Positions 60,668 to 64,000 of a DNA stretch of 64,000 bases are shown piece by piece. The translations under genes and the position numbers were made by a program. How positions within the stretch are numbered: position 1 is the stretch's first letter; every line of letters starts with the position of its first letter. A model generated the notes under the pieces. The model saw only the letters and a list, made by a program, of their open reading frames with translations. It was not told the origin of the DNA and searched no databases. Source of the DNA: an uncultured Actinomycetota bacterium (lineage in GTDB: Bacteria > Actinomycetota > Actinomycetes > Mycobacteriales > Pseudonocardiaceae); NCBI GenBank assembly GCA_963823755.1, contig CAWGMP010000026.1:12976-76975 (forward strand), read 5' to 3'.

Positions 60668-62239
60668 GTGCTAGGAGAGTCTGTGTGCCACCGGATCCTG
60701 CGGGGTCTGGGGGTGCCGATGATGTTGCTCGCCCTGCTGGGGGGCTGCACCGCCGGGCCCTCAGACCGACCTGCGGTGGCAGTGCGGGACACCAACCTGC
60801 CTCAGCAACCCTCCCCGCTGAGTCCACCGAGCAGCCCGCCGCTACCACCGGCAGGCGATTACGTTCGCACCTCGCTGCCCTGGCGAGACTGCACCGGCGC
60901 GATCGGCACTGCGCTCGGCATGATCAGCCCACAACGGGTGGAGTGCAGCGAGCTTCGCGTCGACGCCACGATTGCCAGACCGGAGTTCGGGAACTCCCTC
61001 AAACTGGACCTCACCAGGGTCGGCAACGGTCCGGCCCCGCTGGTGGTGCTCGGCGAGGCGTCCGGGGAGCCCGGAACGGTCCACGCCGCCCGGCTGGCAC
61101 AGCAACTGCCGCCCACCCTGCTGGACCGTTTCACCCTCATTGGGCTGGCTCGCCGTGGCACCGGCCCGAGCGAACCGCTGGACTGCATACCGAAAACCAC
61201 CCGGGATCAGATCGTCGGCATCGATCCCGACTCCGGTCGGCCCGGACAGCTGGATTCGCTGCTCGACATCACCCGCGCCGCCATCCAGACCTGTGTGCAG
61301 AATCTCGGCGAGGTGCTCACCACGATCAACTCCACGGGCACCGCCGACGACCTCGAGCAGCTCCGGGTGGTCTTGAACGCGCCGGTGCTCAACGTGATCT
61401 CGCGCGGCGAGGCGTCCCGGGCAGTCACTGACTTCCTTCGCCGGTATCCCACCTCAGCCGGGAGGGTAGTCCTCGACGGTGCGGTCGATCCCACGCTCGA
61501 CGACGTGGCCGCGGCCGAAACCGCGCTGGGGGCCGCAGACGCCGGTTACACCGCGTTCGCCGCCGACTGCGTGGCCCGAAACTGCCCGCTGGGGTCTGAT
61601 CCTCGCGGCGCCCTGGTGGCCTTGACCGACGCGTTGCGCCGGACCCCGCTGCAGATCGGCTGGCAACGGATCACCGCGGGCATCGCTTACCAAGCCGTAC
61701 TCGAGGCGGTCGGTGACACCCAACGCTGGCCACAGCTGTCCCGTGCACTGGCGAACGCCCGAAGCGGGGACGGGTCGCAGCTGGCCGCGTTCGTGGCGCC
61801 GATACTGACCAAAGACCGCGGGCTGGCCGCGCGGTTCGACCCCGCCCTGGCGACACGCTGCAACGACACCCCGACCCGAGTGCCACCCGAGCGAGCCCAG
61901 CAGCTGGTGCATCAGTGGCAACAGCGTTCCCCGCTGTTCGGGCCGCTGTTCGCGGCGCGGCTGTTGTGGTGCAGCGCGTGGCCGGTGCCCTCACCGCCAC
62001 CGGTGGGTTCCGGGGATCGGGCGCTGCCGCCGGTGCTCGTGCTGGCTACCAGCGCTGACCCGGTGACCCCGGCCGAAGGAGCTAGGCGCACCGCACAGTC
62101 CCTGCCCTCGGCGACACTGGCGATCTGGCAGGGCCAAGAACATGGGGCGCTCCCTCGCAGCCCCTGCATCGTGGACCTGGTCACCCGCTTCCTGCTGGAT
62201 GCCTCGATACCGAAGCAGGGCACACTGTGTCCGCCGTAG
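60668..62239 (+). CDS. lipoprotein, alpha/beta-hydrolase (tripeptidyl aminopeptidase/TAP-like) homologue lacking the nucleophile serine
   Basis: Lipobox LLALLGGC. Family-like blocks are present (RRGTGPSEPLDC, ...RVVLDGAVDP..., C-terminal TAP-like LVLATSADPVTP). The expected G-x-S-x-G position reads ISRGEAS. Confidence 0.6.
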   Translation: MLGESVCHRILRGLGVPMMLLALLGGCTAGPSDRPAVAVRDTNLPQQPSPLSPPSSPPLPPAGDYVRTSLPWRDCTGAIGTALGMISPQRVECSELRVDATIARPEFGNSLKLDLTRVGNGPAPLVVLGEASGEPGTVHAARLAQQLPPTLLDRFTLIGLARRGTGPSEPLDCIPKTTRDQIVGIDPDSGRPGQLDSLLDITRAAIQTCVQNLGEVLTTINSTGTADDLEQLRVVLNAPVLNVISRGEASRAVTDFLRRYPTSAGRVVLDGAVDPTLDDVAAAETALGAADAGYTAFAADCVARNCPLGSDPRGALVALTDALRRTPLQIGWQRITAGIAYQAVLEAVGDTQRWPQLSRALANARSGDGSQLAAFVAPILTKDRGLAARFDPALATRCNDTPTRVPPERAQQLVHQWQQRSPLFGPLFAARLLWCSAWPVPSPPPVGSGDRALPPVLVLATSADPVTPAEGARRTAQSLPSATLAIWQGQEHGALPRSPCIVDLVTRFLLDASIPKQGTLCPP

Positions 62240-62266
62240 CTGTTCGCAGGGAGGTGAGTTCGGGTC

Positions 62267-64000
62267 ATGCCGTTGACGTCGTCGGTCGATGAGTCGTCAT
62301 CCGCGGTGCGGTCGATCGAGCTGTCCATCGGGGGCATGACGTGTGCGGCCTGCGCGGTGCGGGTGGAGCGCAAGCTGAACAAGGTTCACGGCGTGCACGC
62401 CAGCGTGAACTATGCGACGGAGAAGGCCAGCGTGGCGGCCTCGCCGGAGGTAGCGGTCGCGGAGCTGGTCGCGCTGGTGGAGCGCGCCGGTTATCGCGCC
62501 GTGCCGATCGAGCCCGACCAGGCCGTCGCGGACGACGAAGCGGGCGATGCCCCGGTTCGGTTCCTGTTACGCCGGCTGGTGGTGGCACTGCTGCTCGGGG
62601 TGCCGCTGGGGGATCTGTCCATGACGGTGGTGTTGTTGCCCTCGTCGCGGTTCACCGGGTGGCAATGGGTGCTGTTGGCGATGACCTTGCCGGTGGTGAC
62701 GTGGTGTGCCTGGCCGTTTCACCGCAAGGCCGTCGCCGCCGCGAGACATGGTTCGACGTCGATGGACACGTTGGTGTCGTTGGGGATCACCGCCGCCACC
62801 TGCTGGTCGGTCTACACGATGTTCTTCAACAACGGTGCGAGCCAAGGCGCAGCCGGTGGCTGGGGGCTGATCTTTCGGCCTAGTGGCTCCATCTACCTCG
62901 ACGTGGCCGTCGGCGTGACGATCTTCCTGCTCGGTGGACGGTTGTTCGAGGCGCGAGCCAAGCGGCAAGCCGGCAGTGCGCTCAGTGGGTTGGCCAAGAT
63001 CGGCGCACGGGACGTGTCCGTGCGGCGCGACGACGGGCAGGAGTACCGCATCCCGGTCGCGCACCTGCGGGTGGGTGATCACTTCGTGGTTCGCCCGGGC
63101 GAGACCATCGCGACCGACGGTGAGGTGGTGCTGGGTCACAGCGGGGTGGACAGCAGCGCGATGACGGGCGAATCCGCCCCCGTGGAGGTGTCCGAGGGCG
63201 ACCCGGTGATCGGCGGCACCATCGCCCGCAGTGGCCGGCTCGTCGTCCGCGCCACCAAGGTGGGCACAGACACCCAGTTAGCCCAGCTGGTGCGGCTGGT
63301 CGAGCAGGCGCAGAACGACAAGGCCGGCGTTCAGCGGCTCGCGGACCGCATCTGCGGGGTGTTCGTTCCGGTCGTGCTCGCCTTGGCGGTGCTGACCTTC
63401 CTCGGGTGGCTGGTCGGCAGCGGGTCGGTCGAGCACGCGTTCAGCTCGGCGCTGGCGGTGCTGATCATCGCTTGTCCGTGCGCGCTGGGTCTGGCCACGC
63501 CGACAGCGCTGATGGTGGCGTCCGGGCGCGGGGCGGAGCTGGGCATTTTCATCAAGGGTCACCAGGCGTTGGAATCGGCCAAGGCCATCGACACTGTGGT
63601 GTTGGACAAGACCGGAACCATCACCACCGGGCGGATGGCCGTGGCCGACGTGGTGCTCGGCGAAGGGACCGAGCTGAACACGCTGCTGCGCCACGCCGGC
63701 GCCGTGGAAGACGCCTCCGAGCACGTCGTCGCAGCGGCGATCAGCGGGTTGGCCCGCGCTGGGTTGGGCGCGATCCCGCCGGTGACGGAGTTCACCAGCC
63801 TGTCCGGTCTCGGCGCCCGCGGCGTGGTCGACGGGCAGGAGGTACTGGTCGGATCGGCGCGGCTGCTGACCCAGCGCGGCATCCCGGTGCCCGCAGCGCT
63901 GGAGCAACAGCGCACTCGAGTGGGAGCGGCAGGGCTGCACGACCGTCCTGGTGGCCGCGGGTGGTGTGGTCGAAGGTGGCTTCGCGCTGACCGACACGGT
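62267..64000 (+). CDS. copper-translocating P1B-type ATPase (partial, runs off the window; frameshift near 63918)
   Basis: ATG at 62267 follows GGGAGGTGAG. HMA domain GMTCAACAVRVE, CPC motif IIACPCALGLATP, and phosphorylation site DKTGTITTG. After ...PAALEQQRTR the conserved continuation WERQGCTTVLVAAGGVVEGGFALTDT is in another frame. Confidence 0.85.
   Translation, partial: MPLTSSVDESSSAVRSIELSIGGMTCAACAVRVERKLNKVHGVHASVNYATEKASVAASPEVAVAELVALVERAGYRAVPIEPDQAVADDEAGDAPVRFLLRRLVVALLLGVPLGDLSMTVVLLPSSRFTGWQWVLLAMTLPVVTWCAWPFHRKAVAAARHGSTSMDTLVSLGITAATCWSVYTMFFNNGASQGAAGGWGLIFRPSGSIYLDVAVGVTIFLLGGRLFEARAKRQAGSALSGLAKIGARDVSVRRDDGQEYRIPVAHLRVGDHFVVRPGETIATDGEVVLGHSGVDSSAMTGESAPVEVSEGDPVIGGTIARSGRLVVRATKVGTDTQLAQLVRLVEQAQNDKAGVQRLADRICGVFVPVVLALAVLTFLGWLVGSGSVEHAFSSALAVLIIACPCALGLATPTALMVASGRGAELGIFIKGHQALESAKAIDTVVLDKTGTITTGRMAVADVVLGEGTELNTLLRHAGAVEDASEHVVAAAISGLARAGLGAIPPVTEFTSLSGLGARGVVDGQEVLVGSARLLTQRGIPVPAALEQQRTRVGAAGLHDRPGGRGWCGRRWLRADRHG

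Overview
High-GC (about 70% by eye) actinobacterial chromosome segment. Most of it is a conserved housekeeping block, almost entirely on the minus strand. Its gene order matches what I remember of the mycobacterial/actinomycete region: mltG-ruvX-alaS, aspS, relA-apt, secDF-yajC-ruvCAB, yebC-pdxT-pdxS, pimA-patA-pgsA1-HIT-thrS. After this come a sigK/rskA pair, ssgB, a tRNA Gly-Cys-Val cluster, rocD, a lipoprotein hydrolase homologue and a Cu P-type ATPase that runs off the window. Four things stand out. (1) A two-gene NIS-siderophore-like module (PLP decarboxylase plus IucA/IucC synthetase) with a candidate iron box is inserted between the alaS and rarA neighbourhoods. (2) A decayed island of about 7.5 kb sits at tRNA-Val(CAC). 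It is bounded by a degenerate copy of the tRNA 3' half and has an intact tyrosine integrase, hicAB, IS110 and rve remnants, other gene fragments and one strikingly AT-rich ORFan. (3) A flippase-like (UPF0104) gene is embedded in the PI/PIM lipid operon. (4) Several conserved genes carry lesions: an in-frame TGA in mltG, single-base frameshifts in rarA and the Cu-ATPase, a truncated and internally deleted aspS, and a pdxT-yebC read-through fusion. These indicate either real gene decay or indel-prone sequencing. All calls rest on reading translated motifs and the nucleotide sequence by eye; no database search or HMM was run.
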